From Cyanobacteria bacterium auto_48_18 (GTDB lineage: Bacteria; Cyanobacteriota; Vampirovibrionia; Obscuribacterales; Obscuribacteraceae), in the NCBI GenBank assembly GCA_036170915.1, contig JAVHQC010000011.1, positions 121,215 through 185,214 on the forward strand: a stretch of DNA of 64,000 bases. Direction: 5' to 3'. The translations under genes and the position numbers were made by a program. Shown piece after piece: positions 45,450-55,419 of this stretch. A model generated the notes under the pieces. The model was given only the letters and a program-made list of their open reading frames with translations. It had not been told where the DNA came from and did no database searches. Numbering within the stretch: position 1 is the stretch's first letter; each line of letters starts with the position of its first letter.

Positions 45450-46592
45450 TTAGTCTTTTGAACCAGACTGAGCATGCACAAGCTTTGCCTTCAGCACCTC
45501 GGGCTTTTCAATTATTAGTTCTGCGTCGGGCTTACTGGTCTGACTTGCTATTGTCTTAGCATTAGCTTTAGATCTAGTGCCGTCGTCGAGCTTGATTGTT
45601 TCGCCCGTGGCGATAGATGCCTTAATGGCTTCAATGATTCGCAGATCAGCCAGGCCTTCATAACCTGATGGCCGAGGCTGTTGACCATTTAAAGCGCACT
45701 TAGAGAAGTGAATCAACTCTGGTGCGAATTGATCTCTTTTTCCAGTCTTTAGTTTCTGGTTATGCTTCTCGCCTTTAATTTCAAAACCAGTTTCATCGGC
45801 ATATTCGTACGCCGGATCGACGCAGACACTGCCAGTGGTGCCTACGACTTCATAGTGCGATACTGCGTGGCAACCGAAGCTGCAAACGAATGAAGCTAAG
45901 CGATTACCGGGAAATTTCATGGCAACGGCTACCGATTCTTCAATTTCATCAAAGCGAGTATCAGGCCCGCTACAGGCTAGAGCTGTTATGGCAATTGGTT
46001 CTTCTTTAAAAATATATCGAGCTGCGTTTATGCAATAAATACCGATATCAAAGAGGGGACCACCGCCGTGCTCTTTCTGCGTGCGAATATTGCCGTCTCG
46101 CACCTGAAGGGTGAACGATGAATTGAACAGTTTTGGAACGCCGATTTTCCCCAAATCGAGTGATTCCACAGTTTTCATATTGGTGCGTTCAAAGTGTAAC
46201 CTGTAGGCAATCATCAGCTCAACTTTGTTTTCTTCGGCTGCCGCAATCATCTGTTGGCACTCTTCCTCTGTTGTCGCCATGGGCTTTTCGCAGAGTACAT
46301 GTATTCCAGCTTTGGCAGCCGCTATGCTGTAGTCTTTGTGCATATCGTTAGGCAAAGCAATGTAGACGGCGTCGAAGGTGCCGCTTCTCAGTGCTTCTTC
46401 ATATTGTTCGTAGGAGTAGCAATTTTGTACGCCATAGTGAACTGAAAGTTCTTTGAGCTTGATTGGATCGTCACTGACGAGTGCCGTGAGCTCAGAATTT
46501 TCTTTAGCGTGTTCAAATGCCGGCAATACGGCAATTTGGGCTATGTGGCCCAGGCCCACCACGGCATAGCGTAATATCGTTTTTGAAGTCAT
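45450..46592 (-). CDS. Gfo/Idh/MocA oxidoreductase
   Basis: VGLGHIA, HVLCEKP, GGGPLFDIGIY. Confidence 0.95.
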   Translation of the reverse strand: MTSKTILRYAVVGLGHIAQIAVLPAFEHAKENSELTALVSDDPIKLKELSVHYGVQNCYSYEQYEEALRSGTFDAVYIALPNDMHKDYSIAAAKAGIHVLCEKPMATTEEECQQMIAAAEENKVELMIAYRLHFERTNMKTVESLDLGKIGVPKLFNSSFTLQVRDGNIRTQKEHGGGPLFDIGIYCINAARYIFKEEPIAITALACSGPDTRFDEIEESVAVAMKFPGNRLASFVCSFGCHAVSHYEVVGTTGSVCVDPAYEYADETGFEIKGEKHNQKLKTGKRDQFAPELIHFSKCALNGQQPRPSGYEGLADLRIIEAIKASIATGETIKLDDGTRSKANAKTIASQTSKPDAELIIEKPEVLKAKLVHAQSGSKD

Positions 46593-46619
46593 CAGTTTTC
46601 ACCCATATAGCTTAATTGG

Positions 46620-46646
46620 CTGACTGAGATTCAATTTAAAGGTTCC
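46620..46646 (-). promoter_or_regulatory. ECF-type promoter
   Basis: GGAAC-N17-GTCAG. Confidence 0.75.
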
Positions 46647-46861
46647 GGTTATCTGGATAGTGCCTAGCAGTGTTCTGGATCCTCAAGAGATTAAAATCTG
46701 ACTTCGATCTTCGCCAGTATTGCCTGTTCAAAAGTCTGAAAAGCGTACCTGGCAGAGCGAGTTCCCGTCACCGGCGCTTAAATTCGGTTAAATAAAAGGA
46801 ATTGGTGGGCGCTTAAAAGCCAAGTTAGACTCCTCGTGTCAAAAAAAATGAGGAACCACTT

Positions 46862-47173
46862 ATGTCTTTAATGTTAGGACGATTTGAATTCGATGGGCCA
46901 TACGCCACTGCAGACAGGCTGCCTTCTTCTTCTGGTGTGTTCGCAATTTTGTGCATTGAAGAAAACGGGGCATATCGAATAGATATAGATCATTGCGACG
47001 ATCTACGAAATGCTGTTTCTCTTCGCCAAGAATTTAGCCCTAATCAGCTTAAGAGCGCCTTGAGTGTCGCTGTCTTGTGCCATTCGGCTAGAGCCGACGA
47101 GCGTCAGTCGGTTGTGAATGAACTTAAGGCCGAATACGATCAAGATTGTGCAGGCGAAACTGTGGCGGCCTGA
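46862..47173 (+). CDS. Small protein, degenerate GIY-YIG-like
   Basis: LP..SGVFAI...IDID...DLR; GAGG RBS. Confidence 0.5.
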   Translation: MSLMLGRFEFDGPYATADRLPSSSGVFAILCIEENGAYRIDIDHCDDLRNAVSLRQEFSPNQLKSALSVAVLCHSARADERQSVVNELKAEYDQDCAGETVAA

Positions 47174-47284
47174 TTGAGACCAATGGGCATTCTTCCAGCA
47201 GATTTACGGCCACTCCTGTGTATTATAATGGCTATAGATCACTGACAGAAGTATGACTTCCTGCGCTGTCGTGCTTGGAAGCTA

Positions 47285-48583
47285 ATGAAACACTTTTACC
47301 CTTCTGACTTGAGCAAATTCGTCATCGCCCACTGGCCTACGCTGGAATCGGGCGAAGAATTGCCCAGTGGGGCGGTACTGGAAACCCTTATTTCTACCTG
47401 TTATCAGGCAAGCTTACTGCGCCAGGAAAACATTCCGGTGGTCTTTCGCCTGATTGTCATGGAGCCAGAAGACTTGCCCGAAGAGGGCGGACCACCATCT
47501 GGCTTACATCGTTTAGAGTTTGCGCGGCATCTTGAGTTTAACGCGCTGGAATTGCGCCGCTTATCATCTGCCGCTAATTTTTCGCGCACCCTTATTGGTG
47601 TGCGCGTTGACCCTAATAATGGTCCTGAGATCTGGGGTCTGGTTCATTCGGGGCCACGCTGGCTGCATGCCATTCATGGGGGCCGAGGTTCTGCTGCTCC
47701 GCTGCCTGCCCGTCTGGCTATCAGCGTCACTGGGCCAGGACACCTTGACGTCGCCCGGGGCCGTGAGGTAATTGGCCACTTAGAAGAAGGGAAAGTATTT
47801 GGACCTTCAATGAATTTGTTTCAAGCGCAATGGTTGCAAGAGTGGTTTGCTTCAATTCGCCAGGAGCGTATGGAAATTCATAACGAAGCGCGAAAAGAGG
47901 CCGGTGAAAATTGGGCAGAACTCGAACCTGATTTAACTCGCGTCATTGGGCAGCATATGATGCGACGACTGATCGCTGGTATGCGTGCTTTTCAGCATGG
48001 TGGCACACTGGTTGTGGTGCCCCCTGAAATGGCCGATCTCTTCTGTAGCGAAAATCCATATCTGTCCATCAAGTATGGATTTCGCGCTGGTGAGCCCCGA
48101 GCTCGTTTTCGCACTTTGATTATCAAGGTAATGAACACTCTGGCTAAAATAGCCGGCGATCAACACAGTGTTATTGGTTGGCGTGATTATCAGCAGACTA
48201 CAAGTGCAGACATCATCAAGTTAGACGAGGCGATTTTTGAAATGTCGCACCTGATCTCAGCTTTATCTACGGTGGACGGTGCTGTGGTTTTAACTCGCCG
48301 TTTTGAGCTTCTGGGCTTTGGTGCTGAAATTCACTGTGAATCTACGGAACTCAATTTTGTTGCTAAAGCGCTTGATCTTGAAGGCGAGCATTCGGTAATA
48401 GAATCGGTTCACGCAGTTGGTACGCGCCACCGCTCAGCTTATCGCATCTGCAACGCTCTTAAAGACGTACTGTCAATCATTCTTTCGCAAGACGGTAATG
48501 TGCAGTTTGCTCGTTGGAAAGATGACAATGTAATGTATTGGGATCAACAAGCTGCTTTTAACTTCTCTTCGTCTATTTACTAG
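47285..48583 (+). CDS. DisA_N/DAC-like diadenylate cyclase domain with an N-terminal putative sensor domain (DACNV-type)
   Basis: HGGTLVVV, VDGAVVL, GTRHRSA, SQDG. Confidence 0.8.
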   Translation: MKHFYPSDLSKFVIAHWPTLESGEELPSGAVLETLISTCYQASLLRQENIPVVFRLIVMEPEDLPEEGGPPSGLHRLEFARHLEFNALELRRLSSAANFSRTLIGVRVDPNNGPEIWGLVHSGPRWLHAIHGGRGSAAPLPARLAISVTGPGHLDVARGREVIGHLEEGKVFGPSMNLFQAQWLQEWFASIRQERMEIHNEARKEAGENWAELEPDLTRVIGQHMMRRLIAGMRAFQHGGTLVVVPPEMADLFCSENPYLSIKYGFRAGEPRARFRTLIIKVMNTLAKIAGDQHSVIGWRDYQQTTSADIIKLDEAIFEMSHLISALSTVDGAVVLTRRFELLGFGAEIHCESTELNFVAKALDLEGEHSVIESVHAVGTRHRSAYRICNALKDVLSIILSQDGNVQFARWKDDNVMYWDQQAAFNFSSSIY

Positions 48584-48965
48584 CCACCATATACAGTGGC
48601 GCTTATGCTTGTTGTCACTGTCGCCGATATGCAACATTTAGCATTTCTATCAAGGCCCTAATTTTTTTGAAGCTCTCGCTCGCTATGTCTGTCGACTTAC
48701 TTATGGTTGTAGCCAATGTCGCTCAGGCTGCACTTCTCGAAAAATTGGATAGTTTTGTCTAGAAAGCACTTTCTGATCATTTTGTGGGCTTAAATTTACT
48801 GAGAACAGCTTAGAAATCGTCTGTCAAATTTATATCTGTTCATAAAGTAACACACCAGGTTTATATAACTCCTTATGTGCACCACTGGCGTGACTTTCAT
48901 GCTAGTTGGTGCCATAGTGCGAGAAGAGAACAAATCGTACTACTTATCAGGATCCCCTTATAGAT

Positions 48966-49688
48966 ATGGCTTCAGCTACTTCATGCAATTTGCTTCTTCA
49001 AAGGCTTCCGGCCGATGCATTGGAAGAAGTTATGGAAAAATCTGAACTCGTGCAGTATGAATTACGTCAGGTTTTGATCGAACCCGGCGAGCCGATCAAG
49101 TACGTTGTTTTTCCAGAATCTGGTGTGCTCTCTTTACTTTCGCGCGTTGACGACGATACTTTAATTGAATTGGCAACCATCGGTAAAGAAGGCATGCTGG
49201 GAGTCTCCGCCGCCTTTGGAATTTGTACCGTCCCTGAAATTGTCGTTTGTCAGGTCTATTCTTCAGCACGTCGACTGGAGGTAAAAACGTTCCAGGCACT
49301 CATTGCTAAGTATCCTGAGTTCTTGGCGGTGTGCCATCGTTATACCGTCGGACTCTTTAGTCAAGTGGCGTACACCACTGGTTGTAATCGTAGTCACTCA
49401 ATTCAGCAGCGCTGTGCCAGATGGATGTTGCACACATTAGATCGTTGTGAAGGCACTAAATTTCCGATGACTCAAGAGGCGCTTGCTGCCATGCTAGGTG
49501 TCTCGCGCACTGGAGTTAACTTGGCCGCCGGCCTCTTGGCCAAAGCCAAAGTCATCAACTATGTACGGGGAAGAGTCACCGTTTTAAATCGCAAAGGACT
49601 TGAAGAAGCCAGCTGTGACTGCTATTTCAGGATGGACAAAAATTTTGAAGACGTTATGGCGACTAAAAACAGTCTTATGTGTTCATAA
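48966..49688 (+). CDS. Crp/Fnr-family transcription regulator
   Basis: FPESG, IGKEG, QRCARW, TQEALAAMLGVSR HTH. Confidence 0.93.
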   Translation: MASATSCNLLLQRLPADALEEVMEKSELVQYELRQVLIEPGEPIKYVVFPESGVLSLLSRVDDDTLIELATIGKEGMLGVSAAFGICTVPEIVVCQVYSSARRLEVKTFQALIAKYPEFLAVCHRYTVGLFSQVAYTTGCNRSHSIQQRCARWMLHTLDRCEGTKFPMTQEALAAMLGVSRTGVNLAAGLLAKAKVINYVRGRVTVLNRKGLEEASCDCYFRMDKNFEDVMATKNSLMCS

Positions 49689-49793
49689 CTGACAGAACTA
49701 AAAAAATCTCAAAAAAGCTCAGAAAAGCTCAGAAAAGGAACTATCTATCGACAACTCCGTCGTGCTGTTTAGCATACTGGGGAGTGTACTTGA

Positions 49794-50216
49794 ATGAGAA
49801 TTCTGGCTATTTTCGATACTGATGTGAGTATTGCTTTTGCTCCCCTGCGAAAATTGCAGCACCCCATCGATCTGGTATCTGACGTGAGCGGGGCCAAGAA
49901 TATGCTGGCTAAACGAACCTATGATGTTATCTTGTGCCAACCTTATGTAGGCGTAAATGGCACCGCTGCTTGTGATGTATTAAGAGAGATCAAGCAGGAT
50001 GGCCTGCAGTCTGACGTGCCGTTTATTTGCTGTCAGACTGATTCTGCTCAACTCTTGGGAGTTGCCGGGGCTGAAATGGCCGTAACGATTCGAACGTTGG
50101 GCGGTCAGGGACTGATTGCCCATGACGTATTCAATTCAAAAAATTTGCTTCATTCGATTTCTAAATGTCTTTCAGCAGCGGTGGGTAGCGCCTGCGTCAC
50201 AAGCGCCTGGAGATAA
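49794..50216 (+). CDS. Atypical stand-alone receiver-like domain
   Basis: MRILAIFD...YDVILCQ...VPFICC; phospho-Asp position appears to be Gln. Confidence 0.6.
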   Translation: MRILAIFDTDVSIAFAPLRKLQHPIDLVSDVSGAKNMLAKRTYDVILCQPYVGVNGTAACDVLREIKQDGLQSDVPFICCQTDSAQLLGVAGAEMAVTIRTLGGQGLIAHDVFNSKNLLHSISKCLSAAVGSACVTSAWR

Positions 50217-50258
50217 CTGTCAACTTCAGGCTTGCTTGCGCCACCAATGATGGTGCCG

Positions 50259-50492
50259 TTAGCCGGCGTCAATAACCGCGGGCTTTCGAGGAGGTTTTCG
50301 GACCCACTGATCGCCTTGCTTCTCATACATGCGTTTTACCGCAGCCCATGCAATTTTGAAACAAATTATTTCGTCGGTAGCGCTGTATTTTTCATACGAG
50401 TGATTAAAGGCTCTTTTGAAAATTTCTTGCGCTTCTTTCGGCAGCGAATCTTTAACAAGATCTGGAAGTTGTTGAATTGAAGAATAGGGCAT
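50259..50492 (-). CDS. chaB: ChaB-family protein
   Basis: MPYSS...LP..AQEIF..AFN...AWAAVKRMYEK; GGAGG RBS. Confidence 0.92.
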   Translation of the reverse strand: MPYSSIQQLPDLVKDSLPKEAQEIFKRAFNHSYEKYSATDEIICFKIAWAAVKRMYEKQGDQWVRKPPRKPAVIDAG

Positions 50493-50531
50493 GATACACC
50501 TCCATCTACTCGAAGCGCAGAACTTCATTTA

Positions 50532-50558
50532 AAGACGTTGGAGAATCAAATAAGTTTC
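50532..50558 (-). promoter_or_regulatory. ECF-type promoter
   Basis: GAAAC-N17-GTCTT. Confidence 0.55.
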
Positions 50559-50565
50559 AAGCTCA

Positions 50566-51477
50566 TTAAGGCATCAGATTCAATGCTTTCACTTCCTGCC
50601 AGTGTCTTCCTTTCTTTAGTTCTTTATAGAATGCATTCTTGAATGCTTCCTTGCCGCTGTTACCTCTGCTTTTTGGCCACGAAGCATTCAACAACCAATT
50701 AGCTTGTTTGGCGTTGCCGTGATAAACCAGATTAGCCATTTCATCCGCAAGTTCAGCTGGCGCCAGAGTCAGTGCATCATTTTCGCTGCTCATCAAGTCG
50801 GCAAATTGGGTTTTGTATGCTTGGGCGTGATCTTTCAACGTCTTTCTATCACAAGGCAATTTGATCAAATGCAGTTTGTGGCTGTTTTGATCGCACGCGT
50901 AAGCCAGTGAAGGTGACAAAGGCTGATGACCCCAGGCGTCAAAATAATCACCATCTCCGATAAACTCGTATTTTTTATCACCGTTGTGATCTGACAACAT
51001 CAAGTTAGCTGGTGCGCCGACAACAAGTGCTAACTCTTTTACTTGATTGCCAATTTCAAGCACGTGATAATTTTTCAGATTGTCTTGACGCCCTTCTATT
51101 ACCACCAGATTTGGTGTCGCACTGGCAGAAAGACGCACCATCGGATTGTCGATATTGTTTTCCACGGCCATGACTGAAAATTCGCAATGATCGGCATTTT
51201 CGCGATAGAGCTCTTGGCCGTTTTTTAGTAAGCGAAAATATCCTCCGGTCTCAGTGGAAAAATCGGTTTGAAAAGTATATTCGCCAAAGCTTTGTTCTTT
51301 GAGAGTGCTGTTCTCAACTAACTCGATAGATTGTGGAGGCGCGCAGCTGATGTAATAAGTCTTTTCCACAGCGGAGCGGGGGCGGAGGCTCAGTGCTGCG
51401 GACCCTGCTAAAAGCAGACAAAGAGCAATATATAAGGAACGTTTTGGCTGAATGGGCCTGACTATTGCTTTTGCCAT
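50566..51477 (-). CDS. Exported hypothetical protein
   Basis: N-terminal hydrophobic anchor; DHNGDKKYEF repeat-like motif. Confidence 0.7.
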   Translation of the reverse strand: MAKAIVRPIQPKRSLYIALCLLLAGSAALSLRPRSAVEKTYYISCAPPQSIELVENSTLKEQSFGEYTFQTDFSTETGGYFRLLKNGQELYRENADHCEFSVMAVENNIDNPMVRLSASATPNLVVIEGRQDNLKNYHVLEIGNQVKELALVVGAPANLMLSDHNGDKKYEFIGDGDYFDAWGHQPLSPSLAYACDQNSHKLHLIKLPCDRKTLKDHAQAYKTQFADLMSSENDALTLAPAELADEMANLVYHGNAKQANWLLNASWPKSRGNSGKEAFKNAFYKELKKGRHWQEVKALNLMP

Positions 51478-51757
51478 GTTAACCCCGCAAGTGGCGCAGT
51501 GAGATCAAGTAGAACTGCTTTAATTATGCTGGAAGTGCTCAAAACGAGTTGGTAGATGCATTACAGTTTGCTTTAGCTCAGTGTAAGTGCGTGGTAAAGC
51601 TCTGACTTTCGGTAGCCACCGCCTTTAGGGCTAAAATTTTTCGTGGGGTATTTGCTACAAGGGCTTTTCTAATGGCTGGCAGGCTGCTTAATTAAAAAAT
51701 TCTCTGCCTACAAATGGCTTTTTTTTCAAAATTTGTGGAGAAAGCTTTGTCAAAGGT

Positions 51758-51784
51758 GGAACAAACTGGCCCGGTCTTGGTCGA
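51758..51784 (+). promoter_or_regulatory. ECF-type promoter
   Basis: GGAAC-N17-GTCGA. Confidence 0.7.
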
Positions 51785-51819
51785 AGCAGTCAGTCAAGAC
51801 AGATCAGGAGGGCAATCAA

Positions 51820-52092
51820 ATGCCAAATTCTAACCAGGGTCGCACCACTTCTAACCGCGGTTTCGCCGCGATGGATCCTGAACAGCAAAGAAGGATTGCC
51901 AGTGAGGGTGGAAAAGCTGCCCATGCCTCAGGTAATGCTCACGAATTTACTTCAAAAGAAGCTGCAGAGGCTGGCAGAAAAGGTGGACAGAGTCGGGGCG
52001 CTAATAATCAAGCTCGGTTGGCTGCAATGCAAGCTAACCAGGCGGCAATGAGCCAGAATGGCGGCCAGACCGATGTTGCCCAACAGGGCTAA
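51820..52092 (+). CDS. KGG-repeat general stress protein (YciG/GsiB-like)
   Basis: RGFAAMDPEQQRRIASEGG...AHEFTS.EA.EAGRKGG; AGGAGG RBS. Confidence 0.92.
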   Translation: MPNSNQGRTTSNRGFAAMDPEQQRRIASEGGKAAHASGNAHEFTSKEAAEAGRKGGQSRGANNQARLAAMQANQAAMSQNGGQTDVAQQG

Positions 52093-52134
52093 AAAAATCC
52101 TGCAAGCCTTAATAAGGTTACTGTCGGAGACAAA

Positions 52135-52164
52135 AGGGGGATGAATCTTCATCCCTCTCTTTTT
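52135..52164 (+). terminator. Intrinsic terminator
   Basis: AGGGGGATGAA-TC-TTCATCCCTCT-CTTTTT. Confidence 0.8.
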
Positions 52165-52243
52165 ATGCCCGTATATTGCCAAGAGCGAGGCTTTATATTG
52201 ACCGGGTAAAGCAAATCACCCCCATTGCCTTACTCGCGTCTAA

Positions 52244-52291
52244 AAACAAAAATTCGGTTGCTAGCCCCCCATAGCCGCCGAATTTTTGTTT
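52244..52291. other. 14-bp perfect inverted repeat upstream of the kinase
   Basis: AAACAAAAATTCGG-N20-CCGAATTTTTGTTT. Confidence 0.65.
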
Positions 52292-52311
52292 GAGGCATAA
52301 TAATTAAATCA

Positions 52312-53826
52312 ATGAAAAATGAAATTGCCACTCAAAGCAATCAAGCCGTCGATGACGTGGTGATTTCGTACAAACTTTTCAGTGAGCATGTGCATAAGAT
52401 CAGTCTGCTGATAGCAGTGCTCACTACCGTCTTACTGGCGGCAACGATGGTGCCGATCATCTTTCGTTACCCTCGCGTATCTGAAGACGGCTTTTTACTG
52501 CTGGTTCTTGCTGTACCGATGCTACTACCAGCACTGCTGTTCTTGTTTATGAAGACCAGCAAAGAGGAAGTGATTCGTCTCACACCAGGTGGCATTGAAT
52601 TTTCTGGTGGTCAGAAGCTGGCTCTATTAAATAGAACGCAGAGGGAGTGGTCCGATGTGCATTCAGTGCAAATTTCGTACCCGGAGGGAGCCGGGCGCAG
52701 TAATAGACCATATTTTAAGGGTGAAAAGCAAACCTTGTCAGAAATGTTGATTAGTGGCGGCATTGGCCCAAACATCAGTATCGACTTTATTTCTGGCGGC
52801 TCCGCGACTATCATCCTTTCTTATTTGACGCGCTCGCAGGCAGAAGAACTTTTTGGCGCTATAGAAAAGTTCGGCGAGCCTTCACGCTTTACCAGCGATT
52901 TTGTCAAAATGCAAAAAGCCATTATTTTAGAGCGCATTGACTCCCAATCGTTTACTCAAATTTGGGGAGAAAGTTTGAGCCCGAGATACTGCTCAACTGC
53001 TTATGAACCTTTGCCCACCAATCATTTGCTTCAAGATGGTCGCTACAAAATTTTGATGGAGCTCGGTGCCGGAGGTATGTCGGCGGTCTATCTGGCCAAA
53101 GCCGATGGCGTCAAAGTAGTGCTCAAAGAATCGGTTTTGCCGCACGATATAGGTGAAAAGCAGCAAGAAAAGGCTAGAGAATTATTTGAGCGTGAAGCAA
53201 AGATGCTGCTCAAGCTAAAACACGCAAAAATTGCCCGGGTTTTAGATCGCTTTGTAGAAGACGAGCGCGATTATCTGGTGCTCGAATATATTCCTGGTCT
53301 GACCTTAAATCAGCTCGTCAAAGCTAAAGGCAAACAAAAAGAAAAAGACGTTCTTGCCTGGGGCCGACAGCTGACTGAAATACTTGTTTATCTACATGGC
53401 CAGGAGCCACCCTTACTGCATCGTGATCTGACGCCGGAGAATGTGATCATTAAGGAAGATCGTTCGGTTGTATTAATTGATTTTGGTGCGGCCAATGAGT
53501 TTGTTGGCCAGGCAACAGGCACCATGATTGGCAAGCAATGTTATATAGCTCCCGAACAATTGAGAGGAAAAGCAAGTCAAGCAAGCGATCTTTATGCACT
53601 CGGAGCCACGATGTTTTACCTTTTAACTGGTGAAGATCCGGAAGCTTTAAGCTGTTCGCACCCTGCCGGCAAAAGTCCGACCGTCAGTGCTGCAGCAGAT
53701 AATCTGGTGGCTAAACTGACTGCCTATGACTGTGAGGATCGCCCAAGTTCTGCGGCCGCTGCCTTAGCCTTATTTGATCAGCTGGGCACCACTCGCGATA
53801 CTAGCCTGAGTGAGAGGCGATTATGA
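52312..53826 (+). CDS. Membrane Hanks-type Ser/Thr kinase (2 N-terminal TMs, C-terminal kinase)
   Basis: GAGGMS, VVLKE, HRDLTPEN, DFG, APE. Confidence 0.95.
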   Translation: MKNEIATQSNQAVDDVVISYKLFSEHVHKISLLIAVLTTVLLAATMVPIIFRYPRVSEDGFLLLVLAVPMLLPALLFLFMKTSKEEVIRLTPGGIEFSGGQKLALLNRTQREWSDVHSVQISYPEGAGRSNRPYFKGEKQTLSEMLISGGIGPNISIDFISGGSATIILSYLTRSQAEELFGAIEKFGEPSRFTSDFVKMQKAIILERIDSQSFTQIWGESLSPRYCSTAYEPLPTNHLLQDGRYKILMELGAGGMSAVYLAKADGVKVVLKESVLPHDIGEKQQEKARELFEREAKMLLKLKHAKIARVLDRFVEDERDYLVLEYIPGLTLNQLVKAKGKQKEKDVLAWGRQLTEILVYLHGQEPPLLHRDLTPENVIIKEDRSVVLIDFGAANEFVGQATGTMIGKQCYIAPEQLRGKASQASDLYALGATMFYLLTGEDPEALSCSHPAGKSPTVSAAADNLVAKLTAYDCEDRPSSAAAALALFDQLGTTRDTSLSERRL

Positions 53827-55382
53827 CTCGGCCTAAAAAAATTATTGCTCTTGCTCAACTGCCTCCTGGCCCGTACGAAGCTTATATTCCTTACAGCGCC
53901 TGGCGGGCTCAAGGACGCTTTCGCCATAAACTGAGGCAGGAAGCCAACATGCGTAAGGATATACTTAAGGGGCTCGCCCTGATAGTCATCATCTATTTTG
54001 CGATTGGCTGGCTGTCAGCCGTTTTGCCTGTATACGGTAGCTTTTCTTCTTTATGGATTAACGCTGCTGTCTATTTTTACTTGCTAATAGTTACCTATCC
54101 TTTGATTACCGCTCCAACTAATATTCAAATTGGTAGAGAAGGCATAAGACTTCACTGGCTCTCGTTTTTAGGTTTGTGGTCTACACCGTGGATCAGTCTG
54201 GAGTAGATTGATTTCGTCGGCGTCTCGAAATTTTCTAGAGGCTATTACAAATCAAATGCCATTGATCTTTACATCAATAAAGACAATGTGCCGACAGGCT
54301 TAAGGCGAATTTTGCGCTTAATTGCACCATCACTTTGGTGTATGAGCGTGAAGAACAGGCATATTCTCAAGCTGCGTCTAGATATGGCCGCTATTACTCA
54401 TGAAGCAGATTTGCCGATTATTTTGCGAGCCTTTCGAAATTTGATACCAGCAGAAAAACTTGGAGCTGAGTTGCTTGAGCTAGAAGAGCATAGTGGTCAG
54501 TCGTTCACCAAATTATGGCTTGATACCCTTGATGGTGGCGACCGTTTACGACTTTCTATGGGGCCGCTTGAACCAGGAGAGACCGTACTTGCCGGCCAGT
54601 ATGAGATTGTCAGCCGACTGGCGGCGGGTGGTCAATCAGTTACTTATTTAGCGCAGACAAAAGACCTACAACAACAAGTGGTATTAAAGGAATTTGTTTT
54701 GCCTGTTAGAGGTGGCATAGAAATTCGCAAGCGAGCACTGGAAAATGTTGAACACGAAGCCAAATTGCTGGAGAAACTTTCGCATGAGCGTATAGTGAAA
54801 CTTATTGATTGTTTTGTGGACGGGCAAAGAGCCTACCTGGTGCTTGAGTATATTGACGGCAAATCTTTGCGCAAGTTAGTGTTAGACGAAGGTGCAATAG
54901 ATCCGGCACGGGCTGTGGTACTTGGTATAGCCATGTGCGATGTGCTCGAATACATGCACAATCTTGTTCCGCCAATCATTCACCGCGATTTCACTCCAGA
55001 AAATCTCTTGCTGCGTTCTAACGGTGAGCTGGCCCTGATTGACTTCAATGTAGCCGAGCAGCTTGAGACTAGAGAAACGAAAACGATGGTGGGTAAACAT
55101 TGCTATGTACCACCTGAGCAATTTCGTGGCAAAGCAACCATTCAAAGTGATGTTTATGCTTGCGGCTGCACGCTTTACTGGCTACTCACAGGCTTAGATC
55201 CTGAACCAATCTCGGCTTCAAATCCACAATCGGTGCGTGCTCAAATTAGCTCTGAGCTAAATGATATTGTCGCTTGCGCCACCGCTCCTGATACTACAAA
55301 AAGATTTGCCGACACAGGCGTGATGAAAGCACAACTGGAAAAATTGAGAACCAATGGCCCGGGTGCGGAGACTTCAGCCTGA
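53823..55382 (+). pseudogene. Paralogous membrane Ser/Thr kinase interrupted by one in-frame TAG (54204-54206)
   Basis: ORFs 53823..54206 and 54288..55382 share a frame, which is open between them; HRDFTPEN, DFN, PPE. Confidence 0.85.
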
Positions 55383-55419
55383 AGTCGGTGCTAAAATGTG
55401 CTGACACGATGAGGTAGTT

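Noticed and set aside
48837..49695. Crp-type sites sharing TGTTCATAA on both sides of crp
   Set aside because: Spacing to ACA differs (16 vs 15 bp) and one overlaps the stop codon; too weak
51570..51640. tRNA-like start (TAGCTCAGT...GGTAAAGC)
   Set aside because: No T-loop GTTCRA, acceptor stem or cloverleaf
54204..54206. Pyrrolysine or genome-wide TAG recoding
   Set aside because: TAG terminates many intact genes here; no pyl genes seen
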